In this document: in pieces, positions 22,779 to 36,399 of the stretch
How positions within the stretch are numbered: position 1 is the stretch's first letter
Layout: each line of letters begins with the position of its first letter
From: Eledone cirrhosa
Lineage: Eukaryota
DNA: 64,000 nucleotides
Assembly (NCBI GenBank): GCA_964016885.1
Contig: OZ024742.1
Coordinates: 46,562,001 to 46,626,000, forward strand
Reading direction: 5' to 3'
The notes under the pieces: model-generated
The model's input: only the letters and a program-made list of their open reading frames with translations
Database searches by the model: none
What the model was told of the DNA's origin: nothing
Position numbers and translations under genes: made by a program

Positions 22779-24707
22779 GCTAGTGTATATATCCATCGAA
22801 AATCAGGCACATTTGGCTTCAATAAGAAAGTAAAAAGAATATCTGTAAGTAATGCAGTCACTCCGTTCCTGATTGTAGATAGATTATAATTACTATAACT
22901 AATATTGATTATAATGACCAACTTTGTTTCATAACAAATAAACATTTACAGATAGAGAATTGTTGATAAATTCTCGTTGTTTAGATAACAAGGCTGGCAG
23001 ATCGAGTGTATAGGTTTCACTATATCTGGATCATGTGCAAGGTGGTATATATATAGTTAGCAGACATAATTCCTCGACTAATTTAAATATTTTAAGGGTT
23101 TTTGTGGCTGAAAGTTGTCCTCAAACCGGAGATCTCCCTACAAATGATTGCATGCAGCAGTGTGCTCTACTCTGAAGGACCGGGTGGTGGTGTTAACAAG
23201 TGATATGGATTACGTCAAAAACAAACAACTACCACAAGGCACCCCATCCAACGCTCTAACAATTCATCCAATCTACCGTCCTTGACATTTACTGCATTTT
23301 GTCGTCCCCCACAGGATAAACGGTAAAGCTGAACTCTAAACTCAGAACCTAGTGAGCCGGAAAAACTATGGCCCTGCTAATTCTCAATATTAGACCAGGT
23401 CTAGATTGAACTGCATTTCCCTTTATAGCAACAATATATAAGTAATGAGATATTTCTACCATTCTTCGGGATTAAAGGCCCAAGAAAGGACATGGGCACT
23501 ATGCATCATCTTTTGACTAAGCAATTCAACAAAAAGCAAAAACAAAAACAAAAATAAAGACAAAAAACAAACAAAATCGATCGTATGGGTACACTATTGG
23601 TTTTACTGATTTGTGAAGATTGCCATTGCATCAAAACTTACAATTTGTGCGATAAGCAATATGTTATATACATCATTTTAACCATACTTGCCATTTAAGA
23701 TGAGTTCTCGCTTGCTTCTATGAACTTCACCTGAAGATAATCTCTACGCTTTCAGCTAAACAAATTCTATTCACACATCATATATGTTATCATCCCTAAA
23801 TATGTATCACTTCATAGACGTAAAATTAATCCCCTTTTACAATCCTTCTTCGCCCTCCTACGTTCTGTATCTTAACAAACATAGATCAATACTTAAATAT
23901 AATTCTTCCGTCATTGATATTCAAAAGTTTAAGCTGAACATTAACCATAGGAATCTCAATAATCCATTACACAATATATAATATATAACAGCCTGTAAAA
24001 GTTATAGGCATAGTAATCACCATCTGAAATTACGGAAAAGAGACAGCCACACTGTTATAAAATTATTTGGCACTTGGCAACCTCTTTCTGATTAAGTCTT
24101 GCCTCAATCGCATTTCTTTTAGATAATCACCTAACTTAAAATTATCTGTGCATTTTCCTTAGGATAATATTAGTAGAAACAATAGAGAGAATATTCTGCT
24201 GGGTTATAACTGGTCTAAGCAAGAATTTTAAATCAAAGTTATGCTTACACTAGAAGGTCTATTTACCATGTAGCTTTCTAAAAAAACACAAGTTTTGTTT
24301 GTCTAATTTATAGAATGTCTCTCTAAAAAAAAACTTAGAGCTATAAATCTGTATAAAGCTGGAGTTATTTAATAATAAATAATCCTGACGTTGTTTAACT
24401 CAGTGAAAAGACTTAAGTAAACAGTGTATTTAGGATGGAAAATATTTATAATGGATATAAAAAAACCCTCAATTTGTTAATCTTATATAAAAAACAAATT
24501 AATCACAGAAAGAAAACAGTGATCAGCAGAACACAATGAAATAAAGTACATATATATATATATATATGTGTGTGTGTGTATATATATTTGTAGGCATATG
24601 TACACATATATGTATGTGTGTTCATACATATATACTTGCACATGTACATATATATGTCTGTATATGCATATAAGATATATATATATATATATATATATAT
24701 AAAGAGT

Positions 24708-24781
<74 letters not shown>

Positions 24782-25556
24782 GCGAGGGATAGGAAGGAGT
24801 GAGTAGGTACGAAGAACTTTGGGTTGAGAAAATAGATGAGAAAATGTGAAGAATGGTAGAAGGTAAAAAGGGAAAGTGAATGTGAAATATAAGAGAATAA
24901 AATGAAAAGAAAGAGAATACTAGAAAACAGGGGTATAAAAAAAATAGGAGGAACTGTAAGGGAACGATGGGGAGAAAGAAAGAGCGATAGCTATGGTAAA
25001 ATAGAGAGAATTATAGGAAAGAAATTTTAATTGAGATAAATGGGAAGGGTAGTAGAGATAGAATCAGATAAAGAAGAAAAGCGAATAAAATAGAGAGCTA
25101 AGAAAGGGGGATAAGTGGAAAAGTTAGAGAAATATATTAAAAAGAAGCGAAGTAACACGACAGGGTAAAATGAAAAGATAAAAGTAAAGTGATAGATAAG
25201 AGTTTAGAATAAATAAACTGGGTGACAGAAACAAAGAAAACAAAATATGAAGAGTTAAAATATGTGTAGAATTATTTATTTGAATAAAGATTTCTAACGG
25301 GAGTGGAGGTGAGTCTTTCAATATGAAGGGGAGTTGAAACACTGAAAACGGGGAGAATGATCTTCCTTATCTACATTTTCAAACATGTAACTAACATATA
25401 ACTGATAGGTTTCCTGCACAATATCGCCTACGGGAGACCCGAGGTCACTAATTCCACGCGATTTGAATTTGATAGTTGGAATCTGCCGATGCCTGTGAAG
25501 GGTGCTGCCCTAAAATGGCCTCAGCTGGAACAAGTAAAATAGTAAAACACACACAC

Positions 25557-25656
<100 letters not shown>

Positions 25657-25744
25657 GATTGTTTAATTTATTAATTTTTCATTGAGCCAAAACGTGACCT
25701 GTTGCAGAACACATATATATCTATGACTTTATATATATATATAT

Positions 25745-26305
25745 GTAAACCTTTATATGTAATAATCTCCCGTTAGGTTGAGATACAATTTGGCGGTATT
25801 AGGCTGCGCTTTCTAGCAATATGCCTACCCGCCGTAAGCAACTAATCACATCCTTTCTAACTTGACCGCTGCCACGTCACGATTCTTAGCCATTTTTGAA
25901 TGTATTTTTGGCGCGATCACTTTGGAAAATTAAATGTCTATTTTTGAGTTCGCTCCTGATGATTCTGAAGCTCTGGACATTCCCTGTTAACGGATGTCTT
26001 AAAATACGGATGAAACCATGGTAGAGGTAATTAGGTATGTACGCAATTCTTCTAAGTTCAATTTTACACCTAATTGTGTTTAGTTGACTGTATATCTGGT
26101 CGATGTTTACATGCTGTCGAAATGTTAGATAAATACTCTATCGTAGCCACCGCGAAGGGGCTGTTTTCGGTTATTTGTCGGAGATTCCTTCATAGGAGCC
26201 TTTATTCTTATAGCTTGGTCTAATTGATTTTTTATATGGTTAATTATGCTAGTTGGGAGAGGAAATGGTTTATATTATATCTAGTGATTCTAAAGACATA
26301 TTTTA

Positions 26306-26308
<3 letters not shown>
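25745..26308 (+). mobile_element. Hammerhead-bearing non-coding unit between (TA)n tracts; second copy at 46375-46830
   Basis: Shares GATTCTTAGCCATTTT, CTCCTGATGA, ATGAAACC, ACCTAATT and ATGGTTAATT...TGATTCTA blocks in the same order with 46375-46830. Confidence 0.75.
25946..26032 (+). ncRNA. Type I hammerhead ribozyme with extended stem II
   Basis: CTC/GAG stem I (weak extension); CTGATGA 25956-62; TCTG/CGGA stem II enclosing hairpin GACATtCC-ctgttaac-GGATGTC; GAAAC 26012-16; palindromic ACCATGGT; GTA 26021-23. Confidence 0.75.
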
Positions 26309-26339
<31 letters not shown>

Positions 26340-26433
26340 GAAGTAATTCCGTCGGAAAAGTCCAGGAAAAAAGAGTGCTCTATGTAGGTAACAGAGCTTA
26401 ATAGTTATGTAATAAACAACATAAGGCAATTAT

Positions 26434-26491
26434 TCCATTTACCAGTGGTTTCTTAAAAGCAACAAATTTTGCTTTCAATCCTCAGAATGAA
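26434..26491 (-). ncRNA. Type I hammerhead ribozyme (minus-strand arm of palindrome)
   Basis: Minus strand: TTCATT-CTGAGGA-TTGAAAGCAA-aatttg-TTGCTTTTAA-GAAAC-CACTG-GTA-AATGGA. Confidence 0.88.
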
Positions 26492-26586
26492 AAAATCCTG
26501 GTCTGTTTATTGAATTTAGATTTTAAAAACCAAATTTATTGAATTTGGATTTTAAAATCCAAATTCAATAAACAGACCAGGATTTT

Positions 26587-26644
26587 TTCATTCTGAGGAT
26601 TGAAAGCAACATTTTTTGCTTTTAAGAAACCACTGGTAAATGGA
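26587..26644 (+). ncRNA. Type I hammerhead ribozyme (plus-strand arm of palindrome)
   Basis: TTCATT-CTGAGGA(26593-99)-TTGAAAGCAA-catttt-TTGCTTTTAA-GAAAC(26626-30)-CACTG-GTA(26636-38)-AATGGA; 6-bp stem I, 10-bp stem II, ACC/GGT stem III. Confidence 0.9.
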
Positions 26645-26670
26645 ATAATTGCCTTATGTTGTTTATTACA

Positions 26671-26769
<99 letters not shown>

Positions 26770-27339
26770 CAGTAAATAGAGAAGAAAACACAAAAGAGTG
26801 TTTTCAATTACTAGGGGTAGAGAACCACTTGAGTGAAAAGCATAAAGTCTACGAAAAGTGTGGAAAATACATAATAATTAAAAATGTAAATTAAAATGTA
26901 CAGACCCACCTTTATAACTATAAAAACCTGAACAAAGAAGAGAATGTTTCACCATAAACAGTGTCGGTACCATAACCTCTCAGGGCTTATCGGCAGGTGT
27001 AAAGATGATATGGTTGACACTTCTAAAGAGACTTGAGACAACTGAAATATCGCACATGGTGAGAGAAGAGACGAAAACATATGCGCCAGACAGTACATAG
27101 TGGCTTGAATGGATTAAAAAAACGCTAGAAATAGCAGCCTATAACCATTCAACTTAAAATTTTGTTAGGAGCCAAAATATCAAATGAAAAAACAGAGTTA
27201 TAGACTCGCGTTAATCCCCTGTAATTTAATGGGCTCAAGAAATAAGCCAAGGCAATGTGTTTTTTTGTGGAAGAATACCAGTCGTGTAGTCTCCTTTCCT
27301 TTCAAGGAAAATGTATTGGCCGATAGAGTAATCACGCAA

Positions 27340-27888
<549 letters not shown>

Positions 27889-29025
27889 TGGCAGACAAAG
27901 ACACAAAATATGAAATTAATAGTCCGAACAATTTAAGTTGTTATTGCAATAAATCCTCTCACCTACTACAGCAACTCTGTAGATTTTACTATTGTAAACA
28001 ATATATTAAAACAGTAAAAAACAAAACAAGTAAACTACTGATAATTGCGCACAGATTTAACGTTGAAAGAACTTATATAAATATTGATTTACAACAAGTC
28101 TACTGTTTATGATTGTATATAGTCGCTTGAATTGACCAACGTGTTTTGAATTGACCATTATATGGTTTATCGATTCAATACACTTTGAATGGATTGACAT
28201 TACACAGTCGAAATTAGTATATCGACTGGTTAGTGCTACATATTTCTATGAAGTCACACATGTTTGAAGAATAAAATCACCTCCACTAATTTGCTAGAAC
28301 ATATTATGTAGGATCCTGAAAAACAAATTAATTAAATCCTTCAAGGTAATTAGATCGATGTTCCACAATTTGCAACACTATTTCGTACTAAATTAAAGTA
28401 AGATATTAATAGAATGAACGAATGTGATCATTTATTGATCACAACCATGCTTAAGCTTCAGCACTTTCAGAGATTGAAATTACAATCAATAGAGATTTAA
28501 TAATATTACTGTTTGGATAAGATTACAATTCACTTTTTCCGCTTTTTCAATTTTCAATTTTGATTGAATGAAAGGGCAGTTTTCAATTTTGTCTCTAATA
28601 ATTCATATGAAATATTGGATCCTTTCGTATCAATGGAAATAAAGCTGAATGGATTAATTCTCATGTGAAGTGGTATTAAAATTTGATAGGATCATAGAAA
28701 TTACGTTGATACAAATTCTAATGGATAGGAAATTATTTAAGAACGATTAATTATCCATGTTTGCTGCATTATCAATTGATAGTATGATGGATATCATTAT
28801 TGGTATTAAATGGCAAAGAAAGAAGCAATGAAATGGATACACCATAATGTCAAAATATGATGACGATGACAATGATAGTAAATATGTTGGTGAGGATGAT
28901 ATTATTAGTCTTTCCTTATTGATCACACAGGACCAAACATAAAAAAAAAAACTGGCCATAAAAAACAGATTACACATCATGTATGGATGTACATGTATAT
29001 CAAAGACTAGGGGACGTGTAAAATA

Positions 29026-29209
29026 TAATTGTTTCTACTTTAGGCACAAGGCCAGCAATTATCCAGTACATTACTGGTACTTTATTTTATCGACACCGTA
29101 AGGATGAAAGGCAAAGTCAACCTCGGCGGGATTTGAACTCAGATCGTAAAGGGACGTAACTATGTTGGAAAGCATGGCGTCCGACCCTCTACCGATACTG
29201 CCAATCCAC
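29026..29209 (-). mobile_element. Full-length SINE with 12-bp TSD
   Basis: Reverse complement of the 20301 family; GTAAAATATAAT at 29018-29 and 29210-21. Confidence 0.92.
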
Positions 29210-30271
29210 GTAAAATATAATACACTCTATGTAAGATAAAATATAGCTTTAAAAATAAATACAAATAATAAACTCTCCCACATAAGGTACAAAGGTTAAA
29301 GCCACCACGTATGTAGGGTCAGGACATCCCGTTAGTTTAGGAGGCTTCCGCTCCGATAGCTTTGAGCAGTATACTGTTCTGCTGGGTTTACTTCAACATA
29401 TGTAGCAACAAAGCTTTTAGCTCTCTACTGCCAGCCTGGCTAACATAGTTTTGCTCCCTCAAATGGCTACAACTCCAGAATACCCTTGAAGTTTTTGGAG
29501 GTCTGTAAGCTGTCCATAATTTATTATACGTCATCAGTGCTCTCATTGCATGCCTCTGCGTTTGCACAAATAAGAAGATAAACGGCCATATCAGTATCTC
29601 TGGCAACGGTTTTATCGTTTCTGTGTCTTATGTACTGTGGTATTAGCCTGTTGGCAGATGTGTGCCACATCAGCTCTACATGTCTCCTCACAATTGCTCG
29701 GATTTTAAACCAGGCACAAGCTTCCGTATAGTTGAAATAAGACATATGGAATCATGTCTGCATTGTTGTTGTTAGTGCTGTTGTTCTTGTTGTTGTTGTT
29801 GGTGGTGGCGTTGTACTGATTTTCTCTTATTTAAATTAATATTGCAAATGCTAACAATATTTGATTCTTGAACTTAGAATTATTCCTGTGCTTGAGTTAC
29901 TTTTCTTTTGTTTCAAAATAACTTGATTACGTTACTGCTACCACCACTATGAAGAGTATCTTGTTTGAGCAGCCATCTCGGAATGCATGGATTTATTGTA
30001 AAAATTTATTTGTAAAAAATCTGTAAACACTATAAGATGTTTAAAAACAAAGTTTTCCTAAAAAATGGAGTAAACATTCAAACGTTCTGAAGTACTTTTA
30101 TGGTAAAAAGAACTAACAATGACGACAACGACGACGACGACGACAAAGAAGAAGAAGAAGAAGAAGAAGAAGAAGAAGAAGAAGAAGAAGAAGAAGAAGA
30201 TGACGACGACAACGACGACAAAGAAGAAGAAGAACAACAAAAAACAACAACAACAGCAACAACGGCACCAA

Positions 30272-30880
30272 TAATAATACTTTAGGCACAAGGCCAACAA
30301 TTTGAAGGGAAGGGAAATCGATTAAATCGATCTCATTGCATTACTGGTGCCTTATTTTATTGACTCCGTAAGGATGAAAGGCAAAGTTAACCTCGGCGGG
30401 ACTTGAACTCAGAACGTAAAGGGCCGTAACTGTATGCTACGAAGCATGTTGTGCGACGCTCTACCGATACTGCCAATCCACCGCCAATATTTTTCTAATA
30501 TTGGCACACGGCCTGCAATTTTGGAAAAGGCGAAGTCGATTATTTACTCCAGTACTTGGCTGATACTTTATTTTATCGATCAGGCAAAATTGTTCTCGGC
30601 AGAATTTGTACTCAGAGCGTAAAGAGCTGGAATAAATATTGTTTCTACTTTTGGCACAAGGCCAACAATTAACCAGTACATTACTGGTGCTATATTTTAT
30701 CGACCCCGTAAGGTTGAAAGGAAAAGATAACCTCGGCGAGATTTGAACTCAGAACGTAAAGGGTCATAACTTAATGCTGCAAAGCATGGTGTCTAACGCT
30801 CTACCGATACTGCCAATCCACCGCCTGGAATAAATATTGCAAAGCAATTGTACGAGTTTCTAAAGCCTCTGCTAATTCAT
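30272..30880 (-). mobile_element. Cluster of three SINE copies, one nested in another
   Basis: Copies at ~30272-30485, ~30495-30630 (resuming ~30840-30880) and 30636-30826; the last has the 15-bp TSD CTGGAATAAATATTG (30627-41, 30825-39). Confidence 0.88.
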
Positions 30881-31365
30881 GCAATAATAATAACTCCGAC
30901 CTCAATGTCAATATGAGAGGTGAAGCTTAGGCAAAATCTCATAAAATCCAAACCTATAATTAACAAGCAAAGTGAATAATCCTGTTATTAGAGCTCCAAG
31001 TACAACAAATATGTATGTTATGCCTTTCACGTTTCGATAATGCACAAAATATAATAACAATGGACATTGTATAACTGTAAAAGACAAGTAAAAGCGGGAT
31101 ACTTAAAAAAATAGTGGATTAAATATTGATGAAAGAAGGCAATATCCAATTTCTTAACCAAAACAGAAGGCGGGAGAGGGAGAGAGTATTTCATATGAAA
31201 AAGTCAAAGAGGAATCATAATTGGAAACAAACAGAATGTCTACGTGTGAATAATAGAAACGTATTTATGCATTGATACAGATCATAGAAACAACCCTTGT
31301 TGTAAAATGTGACTGATTTTTCCCATCAGGATCACATTTTGTCACAAATACTAAAATAGTATAGC

Positions 31366-31905
31366 GGTCCTCTCAAAGAAGCCCGCGCAGTGCACGCTAC
31401 ATGTGAATGGAGTGCCACTGAAACATGTGGAGAAGCTCAAGTATCTTCTTCTTCTTCTTCTTCTTCTTCTTCATTACTGCACCAGCTCTTTCAATTCTTG
31501 CACTTCCATAACTCTCGAATACGGCCTCGGGATACTTGAGCTTCTCCACATGTTTCAGTGGCACTCCATTCACATGTAGCGCGCACTGCGCAGGCTTCTT
31601 TGAGAGGACCAGCGCCTCAGTTTTCGCAGCAATATCTTTCATTCCGGTAATACAGCATTCAGCATCAAACCTATCGAGTGCAAGTCGGAGATCACCTTCT
31701 GTCGAATTAAATGATACCATGTCGCAAATTCCAGCCGAGTGATTTTACACCCGATAGTTATGACACCACTTCCAACCCAGCTGTGCATGTCAATATTGAC
31801 CATGTAAATAATGAACAGGAGAGTTGGCAGTACGCACGCTTGAATGGTTTCGATTTAGCATCATTTATTCGAACAAAGATAGTCGGTATAGAGACATCAG
31901 GGTAT
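31366..31905 (-). pseudogene. RTE-clade LINE reverse transcriptase fragment with an 80-bp inverted duplication
   Basis: Minus-strand translation LLFIIYM...RLEFA / DLRLALDRFDAECCITGMK..AAKTEALVLSKKP..C.LHVNGVPLKHVEKLKY matches the C-terminal RT motifs of RTE LINEs; 31366-31445 is the reverse complement of 31531-31610. Confidence 0.8.
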
Positions 31906-31955
31906 CGATAAAAAATATAAGATTAGAGATACACCACCATTACCACCAGCACCAG

Positions 31956-32033
<78 letters not shown>

Positions 32034-32584
32034 CAACAACAACAACAACAACAACAACGGCAAATGCAATAACAAGAGAAAACCATCCACCCTGGGAGAA
32101 GATTTGGAGCGAAGGCGTACAGTACAATAAAGACGCACAATGGAATAAAGTGAAGGAAGAGAACAAAATGTGATAACCCCACAAGCATCGCACAGCATAA
32201 CTAGAAGGAATTTACCAACACAATCAAGATCGATAGCAACTGGAAGACTATAACTATTGATAAATTCGTCAACTTCTAAACAATATATATGTAGATCTAA
32301 CACAAGCAAGCCAATGAATCAAAACTCGGTTGGTTACAGGAGAAGATAATATTATTTCTCCAAAACATAAACGAAATTGGAAGTTAAATGGAGTGTAAAG
32401 CTCTCATAGGAAACAAGAAAAGTATGGAATTCCAAGTCAACCATCAGAATACAGATATAATCAGCACTTACCTACCATATTTGCTATAGAGAAAAGGTAC
32501 CTGATATGAATAAATGACTATTATGGTGTAACTATTGTGGTTTTAGAAAAGCAATTAGAAGCACGTAAGAAACAACCATACAAA

Positions 32585-33105
32585 AATAATTGTTTCTACT
32601 TTAGGCACAAGGCCAGCAATTACCCAGTTCATTACTGGTACTTTATTTTATCGACCCCGTAAGGATGAAAGGCAAAGTCAACCTCGGCGGGACTTTGCCT
32701 TTCATCCATACAAAAATAATAACAGAGAGACCACAATCAATTTACCCCGAAGAAAATGTTTAGATGAGAATAAATAATCACAGAAATGAAAGTAAAGATT
32801 AATTGAAAACTGGAATACCAACAATTCTAAAGAAAAATGGAGCGAAAAATCTCTGTAAGTTTGAAGAAAGATGAAATAAGGTGGTATTGGTTTCTGATTT
32901 AGGCACAAGGCAGCAATTTTTGGGGAAGGGAAAGCCGATTAAATCGATCCCAGTGTGTTACTGATACTTTATTTTATCGATCCCGTAAGGATGAAAGGCA
33001 AATCTAACCTCAGAGTGATTTTAACTCAGAACATAAAGGGACGTAATTCTATGCCACAAAGCATATTGTTCGACGCTCTACCGATATTGCCAATCCACTG
33101 CCCTG
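32585..33105 (-). mobile_element. Two SINE copies (32585-32712 truncated; 32885-33105 full length)
   Basis: Reverse complement of the 20301 family. Confidence 0.85.
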
Positions 33106-35862
33106 GCAATATTAAAGACAAAAATGATGCTATATTTCTGAAGATTTCGATTTTAAATGCACACCCCCCATAAGAAAACAACAACAACAAAAAACTATAA
33201 ATTCAAAAACAAAACAAATTGTGCAATCAAACTTTTTGTTCAGTTGTCATTGTAAAGAGAAAATATCTATATTCATAGCTGGGCAGATATAACTGAAATT
33301 ATATACTACCATATTATATGTCTATATGGCTACCATATAGACATGATACTGTATATGGTTATCTCTTTGCTATGATATGGTATGTAGCTATCTGAAAGAT
33401 ATAATATTATATTTTTAGCTACCACATAGATATGATACTATATATGACTATCCCTTTAATACTGGGTATGGTTATCAAATAGATGGGATTCGCACATGGC
33501 TATGACATTTATTTAATGTTTCTTGCCAGTATATTTCAATAAGAGGAATGATATTTAAAAAGCGTTAGTGGTTCAGTCCATCATTGATGAGATAAATCCC
33601 TAATATCACAAATTCTATCTTAAACGATATCTCTATTTCAGCACAGCGTAGAATTTTAAAAGAAAACTTAATAAATCTACCATCACAAAATATTTGTTTT
33701 TAGGTCTGTTTTTACTGTGATGCTTGGCGTTTGGGAAAGACACCGTGCTCAATTATTCAGCTAATTAAAAAGTTTCCAAAGATTTGTTCAATTAAATAGC
33801 TATTCGTAGTTGTCATGTACTAACGATCTGTGAAAGAAAATCAATCACAATTATTTCTCCAGTTTTACTATTATACATTTCCCATACACACATTGTGGAC
33901 ACTAGCATTGAATATAATTGATTATAATGTTTATAAATTCTTGTTTTCAAATACTAATGACTATATCATTCATGACGTAATGTCAAAGATATTGAATTAT
34001 AAAACTGGAGAATGCCTAAACTTAATGTACATTCACCAGTACAAATCTGTTTTACATCTTTTATTATGGTCGAATTTTTGTTTCTAAGTGAGCAACAGGT
34101 AACTCAAAGGAAAAATAATTAATTGGGAATAGACTCTTAGGACTAAGAGTTTAGCTCTAAGTAATAATGAAATGAGTTCTAATTTTGGAACAGATGGTAG
34201 ACATTTGTAGTAAAGAACTTTAGTATCTGTAGTATCTGTATATTACTGTTGATTTTAGTGATATTATATGGATGAAGAACAAACATAATCTTTGCAGATA
34301 TGGAAATCAGAAAAAAAAAAAATAACAGAGAAGAAAAAGTAATTACATATCATACAACACTCAACTGTTTATGCCTTTATGTAATGAAATGAGAAAATTC
34401 CTAATTTGTCATTACGCTTTTCAATGGCCAAAACATTTTTGTGGGGAAAATTTAGCCATCGAGTCAGTATATTTCTGATGAATATCTTATTAATACAAAC
34501 TGAAGAAAATACAAAGTTGAAAATAGGACTTAAAGAGATAAAACCGACAATCATAAGTTGTTTTTTGTCATTTGCACTTCCCATTCTGTAACCCATTGTA
34601 ACATTTATTCCCCAAACAAGATTCAAACGTTTTAATTTGGGGTGGGAGCTGATTAAATTATGCTGACTGAAATATATGTGTCGCTAGTGTTCAAATTCCG
34701 TCAAGATGAACTTTGACTCTGGGGCCAATAAAATGAAGTACCTCTAAAATACTGGGGTATATTTAATCAAACTTCCCCTCCCTCAAATTGCTGGCCTTGT
34801 GTCTATGTTAGAAACAATTATTTTGGTCACATTGAACGGTTAACATGCAATTTCACCCAGAACCTTAGTTATCGTAAGTAAATACAAGAGTGCTAAGCAT
34901 TCTAAACGGTACTTATAGATTCTGACAAGCCATGAACGTATTGTGTGACAAAACATTAAATATTGGTTAGAAGTTTCTTAATTTTCTGATTCACTATTAC
35001 ATTGTATAGTTTCTGGCGTATCTCCAAGTCTTTTACATGAAAATATTCCAATTCTTTGAATATTAAGAATAACAGTCGGTAGAAATCTACTGTGAAGCAA
35101 ATTATACAAAGAGATATTTTCTCTTCATGTCTTAACAAGTTTTATCAGTTCCTCATTTATATAAATATCAGCATATTATTTGGAATCTCCAAACTTGAAT
35201 TCTATGCTAAGCAGTTTCAGAAATAAATCAGTTGTTTATTAAATGTCGGGTGATTAAATGTTTATTTCTCAATATGTAGCGTGATAAAAGAACACATTCA
35301 TTTTTCTTGATTTTGGTATGTTTCCAAACTCTCATGTGATGGCTTCTTGAAACGTTGCTTCATATATTTCATACATATTTTTGATAACTGCAAAGCTAAG
35401 TGGATTTTCTGCAAGCACATCATTTTATTTTATTACTGAAGTAATAAAATAGATTGCATGTCGAGATTGACGTGACATTTTGTTGTCTTTAGAGAAAAAC
35501 AAATCTAATTTAGTCAAATCTACTTTAATCTGAAACCTTATAACTGTTTTACATCAGGGTTAACGTGCGACAGGCCAGTGACCTACAAGAGAATTAAATT
35601 AGTCATTCATCTTCAAACTACAAAAACTAAATAAGCCCTGATTCTGTTAACATTTAAGATACATTTTTCAGTTCAAATCTTTTAGATTTGATCAATTATA
35701 TTTTCAAATAAAAACAAATCCTTATCGATTACACTATATACATCTCTATATCCTCCTATCTCTCTCACACATATTCTCTCTCTCTCTCTCCTTCTCTCTC
35801 TCCCTATCTTTTCTCTTTCTCTCTCACACACACACAGATACAGACACACACAGATACAGACA

Positions 35863-35936
<74 letters not shown>

Positions 35937-35938
35937 CA

Positions 35939-35979
<41 letters not shown>

Positions 35980-36221
35980 TATATATATATATATACACAC
36001 ACACACGCATATACGTATATATAAATCAGAATAGATGCAGTAAAAAACAGTTACACCATTACTCACCAGAGTACTAGATATTTAGGGTAGTAAAGTGGGT
36101 AATATGAAGGATTCAGCATCCCGACGACTGAGCTCATGCCGTTTTAGCAGGAGCTCAGCCGCCGGAGTCCCGAATCCCTCATATATATATACATATATAT
36201 ATTTATATATATATATATACT

Positions 36222-36288
36222 TTCCTAGGTACTCAGAGTTTCCCGAAGCAAGCTGATGTTATTGTTGCTTCGTTCGTCAGCCAAAAAA
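36222..36288 (-). ncRNA. Type I hammerhead ribozyme
   Basis: Minus strand: ttttttGG-CTGACGA-a-CGAAGCAA-caataacatcagc-TTGCTTCG-g-GAAAC-TCTGA-GTA-CCtaggaa; 8-bp stem II (A.G at 10.1/11.1), ACTC/GAGT stem III, weak stem I. Confidence 0.75.
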
Positions 36289-36399
36289 GGGAATCACCGG
36301 TAGTGATAATTCCAGTCTGTCTCTCCCTTTGTGTGTGTGTGTATATATTTATTTTCCAAGGGTAATCTGGTTTCTATTAAGACAATGGAATTGATCACT

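Larger units (their letters stand above)
26401..26677. repeat. 277-bp near-perfect palindrome containing two opposite-strand hammerheads
   Basis: 26401-~26520 is the reverse complement of ~26557-26677; the centre has the perfect palindrome GAATTTGGATTTTAAAATCCAAATTC plus an imperfect tandem copy. Confidence 0.95.

Noticed and set aside
29388-29745. Short minus-strand ORFs as a possible exon or retroelement zinc-knuckle region
   Set aside because: No recognisable motif in a consistent frame.
33290-33500. CRISPR-like periodic repeat (GATAT..TACT.TATATGG.TA units)
   Set aside because: Degenerate minisatellite without unique spacers or cas genes, in a eukaryotic context. The same applies to the ~19-bp repeats at 55470-55560.
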